The position numbers were made by a program, and so were the translations under genes. Below are positions 17,568 to 27,166 of a stretch of DNA of 64,000 nucleotides, piece after piece. The notes under the pieces are model-generated. The model ran no database searches. It saw only the letters and a list, made by a program, of their open reading frames with translations, and was not told where the DNA came from. This DNA is from a virus. Numbering within the stretch: position 1 is the first letter of the stretch; every line of letters starts with the position of its first letter. The stretch is from the IMG/VR virus record IMGVR_UViG_3300028549_001120; one strand, given 5' to 3'.

Positions 17568-18352
17568 GCCAGTTGTCCAACCAAATCTACAGTGACATCT
17601 TTTTCTCCTGCACTTTTGAATTCAGCTTCTGGGTGTTCAAATATAAATTCTGTATCGATAGAACCTTCTACTTGCTTGATAGTTGCTCTTAAAATTTCAA
17701 TATCTTTATAAGGCAAATTATCTAAATTCAATTGAATCCAAACATCTCCTCCCTTCTTAGTAGGAGCTTTATATTGGGGGTTTCTCATTAAAATAGCAGT
17801 ATGTGAGCTTCTTTGATTTTTTGGAGTAGTCATTCCCCTAAGTTCACCGTGTCCATCTAAAAGATTAAATCTTACTTCAGAACCAGATTTCGGTAGAGTA
17901 ATGTAGATTGTTTTTTCAATCTCGGCATATTCTTTATATTCACAATCAATCCAAGTTTCAGTTTCTCCCTCATCAGTTTTTAACTTACCCCATTTTTTAA
18001 GTGGAACTTCATTAAATCCATCAGATAAATCTACTTGAAATGGGAAACTTGCTTTTTCTCCTAATCGGTTCTTATAATCATAATCAAATACAAAAGTGGG
18101 TTCGAAGTCCATTGTAAATTGTCGAACTTCAACTAATGCTTTTTTTCTATCAATAGCAAGCATTCCCAATACAAACTGTTTATCTATATTGGTATTGCTT
18201 CCTACTCTAGTGATTACATCTGCTAATACTTCATTCAAATTCTCGGACAAATTTGAATTCTTTTGCTCCGTAAGCATTCTTTGGTGTTTACCAATTAAAG
18301 GCTTTACTTCGCATTCTACTCCTGAAGGGAGTTTAAAAGTGTGAGTTGTCAT
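17540..18352 (-). CDS. Tail assembly chaperone (zero-frame product)
   Basis: 270-aa ORF between the tube and tape measure genes, carrying the slippery site near its 3' end. Confidence 0.6.
   Translation of the reverse strand: MTTHTFKLPSGVECEVKPLIGKHQRMLTEQKNSNLSENLNEVLADVITRVGSNTNIDKQFVLGMLAIDRKKALVEVRQFTMDFEPTFVFDYDYKNRLGEKASFPFQVDLSDGFNEVPLKKWGKLKTDEGETETWIDCEYKEYAEIEKTIYITLPKSGSEVRFNLLDGHGELRGMTTPKNQRSSHTAILMRNPQYKAPTKKGGDVWIQLNLDNLPYKDIEILRATIKQVEGSIDTEFIFEHPEAEFKSAGEKDVTVDLVGQLAFFFPSQAI
17561..17567 (-). other. Slippery heptamer T_TTT_TTC for programmed -1 ribosomal frameshifting
   Basis: Minus strand reads GCT TTT TTC in the zero frame of ORF 17540..18352, 7 codons before its stop. 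This fits the X_XXY_YYZ pattern. Confidence 0.6.
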
Positions 18353-18375
18353 TTGCTATTCCTATTTTTAATTTG

Positions 18376-18831
18376 TTACAATTGTTCGTAAACATCTACT
18401 GAAAGTTCCACTGTTTGGATTACATTGTCTGAAGACATACGGTCCAAATCATTTTGTGAAATTTTAGTAGGCCAACATCCAGTACAAACGTGTCGATTGA
18501 TAGTTACTGTTCCAGTTACATCCATCTCCTTAATAATAAGGATTTTTTTGTAAACTGCAGCTAACGTACCTCCTCCTACTATTTGTGATTGAGCCATTCT
18601 CATCCAATCCCAAGCTGAAGTATCTGAATTTGGGATTCTTTTTAACTTTTCTAAAGTTAAATTCCCTACAGTTACTTGTCCTGCTGTTTTGATTTTATGA
18701 TTGGTATCTCCGTGCTCTACTTGTTCAACCGTAACTTCTGGTAAGGTTACTTTTTGAACTTCAAACTGGTCAATTCCATCTATTTCTATTCGGAATTGGA
18801 ACACTTTACGTGCATCAGCTACTTTTGCCAT
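18376..18831 (-). CDS. Tail tube protein (T4 gp19-like family)
   Basis: N-terminus KVFQFRIEIDGIDQFEVQKVTLPEVTVEQVEH matches the conserved contractile-tail tube motif. Directly follows the sheath gene. Confidence 0.8.
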   Translation of the reverse strand: MAKVADARKVFQFRIEIDGIDQFEVQKVTLPEVTVEQVEHGDTNHKIKTAGQVTVGNLTLEKLKRIPNSDTSAWDWMRMAQSQIVGGGTLAAVYKKILIIKEMDVTGTVTINRHVCTGCWPTKISQNDLDRMSSDNVIQTVELSVDVYEQL

Positions 18832-18843
18832 CTTATATTATTT

Positions 18844-20409
18844 TTATACGGTTAAACTTTCAAAATCTACTCCTGAATTAGTAAGGATTACCTTCACTCC
18901 TAAGTATTTCATAGCAACCTTAGGTGCTACAAATAAGTGGAATACGTATATACCTTTGTCTACATCATCCGGATTGTTTATTTGTGCTTGTGAAATATTA
19001 TCAATATCTTGGTCACCTTGATATAAATATTTCCAAATTCCTCTACCTTCAACTACTGAATCCATAAGTCCTTTAACTTTACGGTAAATAGTTTTCCAAG
19101 TTTCAATATCATTTGGTTCGAACAATTCACTCTCTATAAGAGGTTTTAACTCCCTAGTAAGGTAAACCATTAAATCAGCCACGTTATCGTGTTTAAGCAA
19201 AGTATTTGCTCTCTGAAGAGTTGAATTTCCCCAAAGAACTGTACCAAATGAAGGGTGTTCAATTACTGGGTTGATTCCAAGGGTATCAATAACATCAGCT
19301 TCTAATTGTCTAGCTGCAGAACCTAAATTGTAAACTACTCCGAGAGCATTTCTTACTAATCCTCTTTTTGGTCCTGCTGCTGAAAACCATTCTGCATACT
19401 GATTATCTTTTCTAGAATAACATCCCATTACATCTCCGATTTCTGGGATTTCTATTTTCTCCCCAGTTACTGGATGATTGATTTTTAATCCTCCAGTAGT
19501 TATAGAAGCTCTCCAACTATCATAAGGTTGGTGAGAATAACTTCCTGTTCCATTTCTATAATCTTGAATTCCTACTTCATTAAGTCCTACTGGAGTTCTT
19601 AATAAAGCTCTTACATCTTTTCTGTTTTCTACGTAAGCAATTAAAGCAGAATCTACAATAGGGTCTGCAATTGCTGGTGCTGCAATTCTAAAAATATCTA
19701 CAATATTGTCAAATGCGTGGATTCCGTTTCCTTGAGTAGAATCCCCTACATAATCTTGTGCTGTATAAGAAGTTGGATTAGTACCTATTAAACTAGGACT
19801 TGATATTGTTGAAAATAAAGCTACCCCTTCTGTTAAAGGAGCTTCTATCTCTACAATATTTACAAGATTAGATTTATTGTTAAATTCTATAACTGAAATA
19901 TCACTTAAGGTAGTTGCATTTCCTTTAAAATCATTAAAGGTTTCAGTTAATTCCGGAAAGCCTTCTAATTCAATTACTAGTTTAAAGGTTCCAGCAATAT
20001 TCAATGAAGGGGTAATACTAATTTTTAGTTTATTTCCCCAAGTCCCTAGGCTTTTGGCTTGAAAATGGTACCCTGGTTGTCCACTTCCATCTACGTCTTG
20101 ATTAAACCAAGCTGCTTGTCCTTCTAATGTAGAAGCATCTGTAATATCCGTATAATGGCCTAATCGGCTTACACGTAATTTGGCACCGGATTCTAAAGCT
20201 CTCCTACAAAGTAATGGGAAAATGTTATCATTTTGCAATCCCCCAAAAATTTGAGTGAACTTAATCCACGAACCAACTAAGATAGGCTCACCAATCGGTC
20301 CTCTTTCAGTTGGCCCTACCACTCCAATAATACCTTTAATTCCGGTATTTCTTAATATCGACTGGTCTTGGATTTCAATAACAGTCTTAGCTTGTCCTGA
20401 TAAGTTCAT
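18844..20409 (-). CDS. Contractile tail sheath protein
   Basis: 521 aa upstream of the tube gene. The C-terminal segment GINPVIEHPSFGTVLWGNSTL resembles the sheath C-terminal domain motif. Confidence 0.8.
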   Translation of the reverse strand: MNLSGQAKTVIEIQDQSILRNTGIKGIIGVVGPTERGPIGEPILVGSWIKFTQIFGGLQNDNIFPLLCRRALESGAKLRVSRLGHYTDITDASTLEGQAAWFNQDVDGSGQPGYHFQAKSLGTWGNKLKISITPSLNIAGTFKLVIELEGFPELTETFNDFKGNATTLSDISVIEFNNKSNLVNIVEIEAPLTEGVALFSTISSPSLIGTNPTSYTAQDYVGDSTQGNGIHAFDNIVDIFRIAAPAIADPIVDSALIAYVENRKDVRALLRTPVGLNEVGIQDYRNGTGSYSHQPYDSWRASITTGGLKINHPVTGEKIEIPEIGDVMGCYSRKDNQYAEWFSAAGPKRGLVRNALGVVYNLGSAARQLEADVIDTLGINPVIEHPSFGTVLWGNSTLQRANTLLKHDNVADLMVYLTRELKPLIESELFEPNDIETWKTIYRKVKGLMDSVVEGRGIWKYLYQGDQDIDNISQAQINNPDDVDKGIYVFHLFVAPKVAMKYLGVKVILTNSGVDFESLTV

Positions 20410-20436
20410 ATTTATTCTATTTTTAGATTATAACTA

Positions 20437-20462
20437 TTGTCTATAAACATATAAAACTTTTT
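20437..20462 (-). promoter_or_regulatory. Late-type promoter motif (minus sense AAAAGTTTTATATGTTTATAGACAA)
   Basis: This ~25-nt motif is shared with sites at 25182-25207 and 26774-26798. Each lies 25-30 nt upstream of a structural-gene ATG. Confidence 0.5.
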
Positions 20463-20467
20463 TAACT

Positions 20468-21160
20468 TTAAAAAGAATTTATAGTAAAATTTATTTTTTG
20501 TATATTCGGGGAACTTCCTCCACTTGATTCACTTTCACTATCTTCTCCACTCGGAATACCCGTAATAGTTGGATTGATTTCAGTAATTTGTGGAATATTT
20601 TCTAAAATTAATTCGTTCTCTTCTAAATAAACATCTTTTACTGTATACCTAAAATAATGTTCTAACAATCCGTTCGAAGATAGATTTGAATAATTTTCTA
20701 ATAATAGAAGATGATTCGAACCATTTAACATACTTAGAAAATTTTGATTTTTTAAAGTAGTAATAATCAAATCAAGCCCAATCCTTTCTGCTTTTATAGA
20801 ATTTGTTATCAATCTTACTTCATATCCTAAGTCATATATTTTTGACGGGAGTTTAAATTTATTGTACGTGTTGTCTGAATTTTTTTTAAATTCAGTAACT
20901 CCAAACGAACCGATTTCACCATCAACAAAATTTATTCTATCAATTGTAATTCTTGAAGCTCTTTTTTCGTCTCTAGATTCACTATTACCTACCCCAAAAA
21001 CTTCTAATAAAATTTTAGTATTATTTAAAATTGAAGTTTTGGCATTTTCAAAATCAGTCTTATTATTAAATTCAGTAATATCTGGGAACAATCCCAAGTT
21101 TACAGATTTTAACCTAAGTGCTTCAAAAATACTTCTATCTATGTTTTCTAAATTAGTCAT
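20468..21160 (-). CDS. Virion structural protein, unknown role (neck/tail terminator region)
   Basis: 230-aa ORF between the connector genes and the sheath gene, with an ATGA-type overlap upstream. Confidence 0.55.
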   Translation of the reverse strand: MTNLENIDRSIFEALRLKSVNLGLFPDITEFNNKTDFENAKTSILNNTKILLEVFGVGNSESRDEKRASRITIDRINFVDGEIGSFGVTEFKKNSDNTYNKFKLPSKIYDLGYEVRLITNSIKAERIGLDLIITTLKNQNFLSMLNGSNHLLLLENYSNLSSNGLLEHYFRYTVKDVYLEENELILENIPQITEINPTITGIPSGEDSESESSGGSSPNIQKINFTINSF

Positions 21161-21636
21161 AATAAATTGAAAAATATGTGAACTGGATTTAATTTCTTGT
21201 CAACTTCAATTTGTGCTTTTACTTCACTTAAAGTAGGTTGCCATAAAGGTCGTGCTGGGATATTCCTAGAAGGACTCCCAAATTCGTGAATTGCTGCAAT
21301 ATTAGCTATAGATTCTCCATCTGCATATTTAGCTTCTCTTTTTACTCCTGCATATACTTTGTCGCCTTGTACATAGGAAGTAATGGAACGGAAATATGTA
21401 GAAGACGAAACTAACGTTTTTTCTGAATAGCCTAATCTAACTTTAGCTGAAATAGTTTTTGGTTTTAAATTTTCCCAATTTAAGTCTTGTGAACTGATAT
21501 GTTTTACTGCTATTCTTTCAGCTAAAAGCCCCCATCGTTTTAAAGCAATCTTCTGGGCTTTTTCCAGATTCGAATTCAGTCCATTAACTAATCTATGAAC
21601 TCCTTCCCAATCTCCTATTCTTTCGCTTCGTATCAT
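21157..21636 (-). CDS. Head-tail joining / tail completion protein candidate
   Basis: 159 aa. Position and size are like HK97 gp10-type adaptors. No firm motif. Confidence 0.4.
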   Translation of the reverse strand: MIRSERIGDWEGVHRLVNGLNSNLEKAQKIALKRWGLLAERIAVKHISSQDLNWENLKPKTISAKVRLGYSEKTLVSSSTYFRSITSYVQGDKVYAGVKREAKYADGESIANIAAIHEFGSPSRNIPARPLWQPTLSEVKAQIEVDKKLNPVHIFFNLL

Positions 21637-21929
21637 ATAAATCCAGTTAAATCAATTCCAAATGAATTTTTAAAATATGCTTTCCCGTAACTTTCTAAAG
21701 TAGTATATCCTTCTATATTTTCTACAAGTCCATTCTGGTCAAAATAAGATTCACCAATTTTAGTGATTACGTGGTCCGAATTATAATATCCTACAGCTTC
21801 TGGGAATGCAAATTTTAATAATCTATAAAACTTTAAACATCCTTTAGAATAAGATTCGTATTTACCATAAGTACCATTTAATAAACTAATGTATTGTAAA
21901 ACTTTAAATTTCGAGGTCCCCATTTTCAT
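21633..21929 (-). CDS. Hypothetical protein in the connector module
   Basis: 98-aa ORF overlapping both neighbours. Confidence 0.55.
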   Translation of the reverse strand: MKMGTSKFKVLQYISLLNGTYGKYESYSKGCLKFYRLLKFAFPEAVGYYNSDHVITKIGESYFDQNGLVENIEGYTTLESYGKAYFKNSFGIDLTGFI

Positions 21930-22509
21930 TTACATTTATTGGAATTGAACTATTTACTATAAAATCTCCATTGTCGTCTACTTCGAATGAAGTTTCCTCT
22001 TGTATGATTTGTCTACTTACTACTTCACTTAAAGGTATTTCAGTTCCATCATTTACAATTTGATTAAACTCTACATTAGAATCTTTACTAATAATTCCTT
22101 CTACAATCAATAAAACGTCTTTAGAATCTAACGGTCCATCATAATATAAATCTGAAATTCTATAAAGCTGTCCTTTCACTGAAAAATAATCCTTAGTCTG
22201 GTTCCCCTTCCATTTAAAATCTGAAGTAATTAGATTTTTACTTTCCAAATCTTCTAAATTGAAAGTTAATTTTATATCTAGATTGTCTTCAGTTCCTTGT
22301 AAATTGGGTTTAAGTTCTAAAGTTTGTCCATATTCAACTAAAGCATTTAATTCTATAGAAAAATATGATTGCTCTGTTTGGTCTTCATTCCATCTATCAA
22401 ATCTACTTCCTGCGAAATGATACAATATAGGGGTTACCATAAAAGTATCGGTTACTAATTTGATAGCATCCCTGATTTGTCTCCTTTGATTATTCCCTAA
22501 CAGTGCCAT
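21904..22509 (-). CDS. Head-tail connector module protein
   Basis: 201-aa ORF in the connector block. Confidence 0.5.
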   Translation of the reverse strand: MALLGNNQRRQIRDAIKLVTDTFMVTPILYHFAGSRFDRWNEDQTEQSYFSIELNALVEYGQTLELKPNLQGTEDNLDIKLTFNLEDLESKNLITSDFKWKGNQTKDYFSVKGQLYRISDLYYDGPLDSKDVLLIVEGIISKDSNVEFNQIVNDGTEIPLSEVVSRQIIQEETSFEVDDNGDFIVNSSIPINVNENGDLEI

Positions 22510-23101
22510 AATTTCTTTCTATAATTTCTAAAGTTTCTCCTGTTCCTCTACTACATCCACTATGGAATATAAAAGGGGTACCAGAATCCAAAGTTAAATA
22601 ATTCAGAGAACCCGAATCATCAATATCAATCAAACATCCTAATTGTGCTGCCTTATTTATTGCATTATTTTTTAAATACCTAAATAAGGTTTCTCCGGAC
22701 ATTGCTAAAGTTGCATTTTCTTTTAAACTGAATGGTCCAAATTCTACTTCTACGGAACCAGCTTTTGCTTTTTTCAAAAAAGTAGTAAGTGGTTCTGTAC
22801 CTGCTGTTGCATTCCCACCAGTTGCTTCTAATGCTGCTACTAATAACACTTGTAGGCTTGTTAAATCGGCTATTAGGGATTGTTCTACGATTGAATAATG
22901 TATTTCTATAGCAAATTGTTCCGTTGGCTTATTTAAGCACTTATTCAATACAGCCATTACCTCTAAAATAAAAGACGAAAGCAAATTTTGGTTCTCTAGA
23001 GTATCAGCTAAAATTGGAAGTCTATTCAATACCATTGTGTAGATTGATAGGGTTTCGTTATTATGATTAGCTGTAGATTTATCTTTTATTGTATCTGCCA
23101 T
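22490..23101 (-). CDS. Head-tail connector module protein
   Basis: 203-aa ORF, first gene after the strong terminator at 23115-23154. Confidence 0.5.
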   Translation of the reverse strand: MADTIKDKSTANHNNETLSIYTMVLNRLPILADTLENQNLLSSFILEVMAVLNKCLNKPTEQFAIEIHYSIVEQSLIADLTSLQVLLVAALEATGGNATAGTEPLTTFLKKAKAGSVEVEFGPFSLKENATLAMSGETLFRYLKNNAINKAAQLGCLIDIDDSGSLNYLTLDSGTPFIFHSGCSRGTGETLEIIERNYGTVRE

Positions 23102-23114
23102 AAGTTTGTAAATT

Positions 23115-23154
23115 AAAAAAGCCTCCTGCCTATTTTTATAGGAAGAGGCTTTTT
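23115..23154 (-). terminator. Strong rho-independent terminator after the capsid operon
   Basis: Minus strand: AAAAAGCCTCTTCCTAT-AAAAA-TAGGCAGGAGGCTTTTTT. About 12 bp of GC-rich imperfect stem with A- and T-runs on both sides. Confidence 0.8.
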
Positions 23155-23178
23155 GTTATCAAATATCAAAAACGGAAA

Positions 23179-23502
23179 TTACTTGTTGTCTTCTGGAGCT
23201 TCTAAAAGTTCAATTAAATCGTCTTTTTTTAATCCTTCAAATGAATCTTCGTCAAATCCTTTTTCTTTCAGTAACGTTTTTAATTCGTCAACCTTCATAG
23301 ATTTAAAATTTGGTTTATCATCTTCAGTTTTAGTTTCAGACTTTTCTGACTCCTTAGTTTCCACTTTCACGATAGCTCCTCCTAAAAGTCCATTTCGGAT
23401 AGTATCAGTCATTTTAACTTCTACTGCTTCTTTTCCGATTACTGTAACCCCTTGTATTGAATCGTGGAAGATTGAACTAGGGTCTTTTAATTTAACTTTC
23501 AT
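23179..23502 (-). CDS. SAP-motif-containing acidic protein next to the major capsid gene
   Basis: MKVDELKTLLKEKGFDEDSFEGLKKDDLIELL is a SAP / Rho-N-like helix-extended-helix motif. Confidence 0.5.
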   Translation of the reverse strand: MKVKLKDPSSIFHDSIQGVTVIGKEAVEVKMTDTIRNGLLGGAIVKVETKESEKSETKTEDDKPNFKSMKVDELKTLLKEKGFDEDSFEGLKKDDLIELLEAPEDNK

Positions 23503-23515
23503 TTTCTTTCAGTTT

Positions 23516-24724
23516 TTAGGTTAAACTTACTCTTTGTGCTGCAAGAGCATCAAAGTGAGAAGGATATGGCTTAGCTGCCAAAGTTTGCGAACCATCAATA
23601 AGCAATCTAGCATCATTGAATAAATTAGCAAATCCGGTTACAATTGATACGTAAGTACCAGTGATTTGTCTTTCTGCAATTCTTTCTGATTCTACTCTTA
23701 AAGCAGAAGCATTAAGTTTGATTAAAGCCGAAGCTGAATCGATTAACATAATCTTGTTACCTGTTGGCATTGCTCCGTGTACCCAGTATTTTTGTGAAGC
23801 TGGAACTGGAGTTTCCAATTCTAGTTTCATTTTTTGTACTAGTCCATTGTAACCTTTGAATTCTGGTAATGCTAGAATTTTCAAAGCTGCCTCTTCTCCT
23901 GAAAGGATTCCGGTTGGGGTTTTACCAAGCAAGCCCATTTTCATCCAAGCTCTTAATAAATCCTTGTCATAAGTAATACCATTGGCTACAGTATCTACTC
24001 CTACAACTGAAATTGCATTAGAGTTATCTTTTTGGTCCCCGTTGATTAAAGTTTCGATTGCCAAAGCATCTAAAGCTAAATTCAATTGAACTCCTACATC
24101 CTGTAAATACAAAGATAAAAGATTCAAAGCAACATACTGTCTAACCTCATCTGTAATTTTCAATCCAATCGTAGATTTGAAAGTTGAAACAGATTTTTGT
24201 TGGAAGCTTACAGAACCTGTTTGAATAGTTTCTGCTTCTCCAGTTTTCTTAGGAGTTGCTTGGCTTGCATTTATACTTGGCATAATTACAGTTGGTTGAG
24301 AAACTGATTCCTCTGCTGCAATTAATGAAGGATAGATAGGATTTTTTCTTAATCCCAATTGGATTGCTCCTCTGATTACCTCTGGTGCAATCCATCTGTA
24401 ACCTTCTGGAAATTCTGGCATTGTCATTAAGCTTTCTAAAGTGTGTCTTCCTGGGTCTACTCCTAAAGCTGCATATAACGTATCTGGTGAACCGTTATCT
24501 GAAGGAGCGAATCCCCATTTCTCTTTTGCATAATCTGCGAAAGATAAATCGATAGGACGTCTTTGGTCTCCCCCTGCTCTAAGTGAGTCAAGTTGTTTTA
24601 CTGCCGAAGGCATTTCAAGCAAGATAGATTCTTTTACAGAAGAAAAATCTTCTTGCTTCGGTGAGTAAGTACCTTGATTTTCTGATACTTTCTTTTTTAC
24701 ATCGTTTGCTGATAATCTACTCAT
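23516..24724 (-). CDS. Major capsid protein
   Basis: 402 aa located after the protease/scaffold and decoration-like genes and followed by a strong terminator. No other capsid-sized candidate in the module. Confidence 0.7.
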   Translation of the reverse strand: MSRLSANDVKKKVSENQGTYSPKQEDFSSVKESILLEMPSAVKQLDSLRAGGDQRRPIDLSFADYAKEKWGFAPSDNGSPDTLYAALGVDPGRHTLESLMTMPEFPEGYRWIAPEVIRGAIQLGLRKNPIYPSLIAAEESVSQPTVIMPSINASQATPKKTGEAETIQTGSVSFQQKSVSTFKSTIGLKITDEVRQYVALNLLSLYLQDVGVQLNLALDALAIETLINGDQKDNSNAISVVGVDTVANGITYDKDLLRAWMKMGLLGKTPTGILSGEEAALKILALPEFKGYNGLVQKMKLELETPVPASQKYWVHGAMPTGNKIMLIDSASALIKLNASALRVESERIAERQITGTYVSIVTGFANLFNDARLLIDGSQTLAAKPYPSHFDALAAQRVSLT

Positions 24725-24729
24725 CTTGC

Positions 24730-25155
24730 TTATTTTTTATAAGTTGTTCTTAAAATTCCAATTTGTGCTTCAGAACCTGCTACTGTGTCTGTTAAAGCAA
24801 TTGCTGTTACAAAATTCCCAGTAGCTGCTTTTGAAAATGTGTCTTGAGTAGAATCAGTAGAATCTACTGCTTCAAAACAAACTTCGTCGCCTGGTTTTAC
24901 ATCTACGGTTACTTTAGCACTAATCTTTGCACAAAATTGTGAAAGTACTGTAACTCGTTCCCCGGTTTTACCGCCTTTAACGATAACTCCGAATGGTCTA
25001 GTATTTTTGTCGGCAACTTTTTCCAAAGTGCCATCGTCCTTTAAGGAAACTATGTTCCCTAAAGCCAAATCTACCGAAGCCGGAAAGCCTAGAGCAAGAG
25101 CATAAGACTCTTCTAACGGCATTTTAGTTTTGGTGTTGTTACCTAATGTATTCAT
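24730..25155 (-). CDS. Capsid decoration/cement-type protein (DUF2190-like)
   Basis: 141-aa Gly/Val/Ala-rich beta-type sequence (PFGVIVKGGKTGERVTV...VKPGDEV) just upstream of the capsid gene. Confidence 0.45.
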   Translation of the reverse strand: MNTLGNNTKTKMPLEESYALALGFPASVDLALGNIVSLKDDGTLEKVADKNTRPFGVIVKGGKTGERVTVLSQFCAKISAKVTVDVKPGDEVCFEAVDSTDSTQDTFSKAATGNFVTAIALTDTVAGSEAQIGILRTTYKK

Positions 25156-25181
25156 TCTTTAAATTTTTAAAGTTAAACTTT

Positions 25182-25207
25182 CTTGACTATAAACATATAA
25201 AACTTTT
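25182..25207 (-). promoter_or_regulatory. Late-type promoter motif
   Basis: Plus strand cttgactataaacatataaaactttt. Near-identical to 20437-20462 and 26774-26798. Lies 27 nt upstream of the ATG at 25155. Confidence 0.5.
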
Positions 25208-25228
25208 TGAAGTAAAAAAATTTTTTAC

Positions 25229-26749
25229 TTATTTTTTACTGTTTTTACCTGGGAACATAGAAGGCTTGTCATACTTCGCCATTAAATCAGAGAAAGAAGC
25301 AGATTCTACTTTAGTTTCTCCTTTGTTATCATCTTCCCCATCTTCAGTACTTGAACGAAATTCTACTTTATGGCTTCCGCATTCATTACAAGTTCCAGTG
25401 AATTGTTCTGATACTGACTTACCATATTGTTTAAGCAATCCGTCTAATTGATTTGGCTTAGCAGAACTAATCAATTCGATTACAGATTCGTCTTCATTTT
25501 TACCAGCTTGAATTTTATAAAGACGAATTGCTTCATTCTTTTTAGCTTCAATAACTGACTTTCCAAAAGTAGCTTCAGTTTCTAAAGCTGCTTTTTCTGT
25601 TTCTAAGGTAGATTTTTCTGTTTTAAGCTGTTCTACTTCTGTAGTAGCTGCTCTTAAACCTTCAAAATCTGTTTTAGCTAACATTACATATTCTCCTTCT
25701 TTTACTTCAGAAGGTTTTTCAATGGCATCTCCCAAAGAATTGAATGCTTCCAATTTCTTAAAATTCTCTAAAGCTTTGTCGGCTTCCGGGTTACTTAGAG
25801 TAAGTTTAGAAAGTTGTTCGCTTTTTAATTCCTCAGATTCACCAAGCCCTAGTAATTTTCTAAGAGCTAATTCGAATTCTTTGTTCATATCGATTGAAAT
25901 TAAATTATTACGATTTTTATACACTGGTTGTGGTAGTGAAAAAGAAATAGAAAATTTCCCTTCTTTTTCATACTGATTTTTTACTTTTTCTTTTTCTAAA
26001 TTATAAGTAGATGATTCGTCTATATTTACTAAAGTACCATTCTCATCTAATATTTTAGCGTATGGGTCTGCACCAAGCCAAACTAATGAAGTCTCGTGGT
26101 AGTCATAAATTTCAGTAACTACTCTTCGAATCATCTTCCCGTCTGTTGGGTGAAGTGTACCTAATTTATTTTGAAATTCATAAGGGTCATCGAAACTGTG
26201 AGAAGGTACCCAATCAAATTCTACTGTAACTGAGTTTGAAAAGATTGCTTTTAGTAAAACCCCTCTAGCTATTTTAGGATTAGTCTTAGCATCTATAGCT
26301 AAAAGTCCGTTAATACCTGCAGGTACGTCTCCTTTTTTGTCTTCCCAAGTTACCTCTTCGATTATACCTGCCCAATTCATTAAGCTTGTATCGTGGTCTG
26401 TGTATACTGGTTTTCCTTTTAATTTGTCTGTAGATTGTTTTAAGATTTTAGCGTTACTAAAATCAGTAGCTTTCCAAGTACCTGCTCCAACAGTAGTAGC
26501 TGATAAAAGTCTAAAAGGTACACGAATAAAATCTTCTGGCTTTGGCATTACCTCTTCCGGAACATCTAATCCAGGATAGAAAGTATTAGGATTCCCATTT
26601 GCCCCGAAAAGTCCTAATGAAACTTTTTCTGGTACTTTAAAATATGATAGAACTTGAGGAGTGAATGGTGTACTAATACCAGAAGTTCCTAAGTTCAACA
26701 TTGCCTTCTCGAAAGACAATTTAGCTCTATATTTTTTGATTGTGTTCAT
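25229..26749 (-). CDS. Prohead protease / scaffold fusion candidate
   Basis: Start trimmed to the ATG at 26749 (MNTIKKY). The N-terminal half has the protease-like GKPVYTDHD. The C-terminal half is a coiled-coil E/K/L/A-rich, scaffold-like region (LRAATTEVEQLKTEKSTLETEKAALETE). Confidence 0.5.
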   Translation of the reverse strand: MNTIKKYRAKLSFEKAMLNLGTSGISTPFTPQVLSYFKVPEKVSLGLFGANGNPNTFYPGLDVPEEVMPKPEDFIRVPFRLLSATTVGAGTWKATDFSNAKILKQSTDKLKGKPVYTDHDTSLMNWAGIIEEVTWEDKKGDVPAGINGLLAIDAKTNPKIARGVLLKAIFSNSVTVEFDWVPSHSFDDPYEFQNKLGTLHPTDGKMIRRVVTEIYDYHETSLVWLGADPYAKILDENGTLVNIDESSTYNLEKEKVKNQYEKEGKFSISFSLPQPVYKNRNNLISIDMNKEFELALRKLLGLGESEELKSEQLSKLTLSNPEADKALENFKKLEAFNSLGDAIEKPSEVKEGEYVMLAKTDFEGLRAATTEVEQLKTEKSTLETEKAALETEATFGKSVIEAKKNEAIRLYKIQAGKNEDESVIELISSAKPNQLDGLLKQYGKSVSEQFTGTCNECGSHKVEFRSSTEDGEDDNKGETKVESASFSDLMAKYDKPSMFPGKNSKK

Positions 26750-26773
26750 ACTTATGGTTGCATAATAACTAAA

Positions 26774-26798
26774 GTTGTCTATAAACATAAACAACTTT
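26774..26798 (-). promoter_or_regulatory. Late-type promoter motif
   Basis: Plus strand gttgtctataaacataaacaacttt. Shares with 25208-25228 the following aagtaaaaaaattttt block. Confidence 0.5.
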
Positions 26799-26838
26799 CC
26801 ATAAGTAAAAAAATTTTTCAGTTATTTTTTAAAAAAGT

Positions 26839-27003
26839 TTAATCTAAAAGGTCATAGAATCCTTTTCTCTCCGGGTATTTTTCTCTCAGTTTTTTCTTAC
26901 CTTCCTCGGAAGATTTTAAATACTCCGCTTCCCATTTACGGGTTTCTGATTTACCAGAATCATCTATGAATGATTTTAAAAATTTATTAAGTATTGATTT
27001 CAT
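26839..27003 (-). CDS. Small hypothetical protein (54 aa), not in the ORF track
   Basis: ATG at 27003: MKSILNKFLKSFIDDSGKSETRKWEAEYLKSSEEGKKKLREKYPERKGFYDLLD. Overlaps the preceding small ORF by 17 nt. Confidence 0.4.
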   Translation of the reverse strand: MKSILNKFLKSFIDDSGKSETRKWEAEYLKSSEEGKKKLREKYPERKGFYDLLD

Positions 27004-27166
27004 TTTCTTTTATCCATTTTAGTGAACAGGTAAATCCAATAGTTCCTGGGAATTCTAATCTAAAATCTCCATTTGATTCTACCTTTGTTATTTTATAATC
27101 CCTTAATATTCCAAAATCGTCTAATTTAATAATAGAACCTTTTCCGTAAATTTTATTTGTTGACAT
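26987..27166 (-). CDS. Small hypothetical protein (59 aa), not in the ORF track
   Basis: ATG at 27166, preceded by a full promoter/leader cassette: MSTNKIYGKGSIIKLDDFGILRDYKITKVESNGDFRLEFPGTIGFTCSLKWIKENEINT. Confidence 0.5.
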   Translation of the reverse strand: MSTNKIYGKGSIIKLDDFGILRDYKITKVESNGDFRLEFPGTIGFTCSLKWIKENEINT

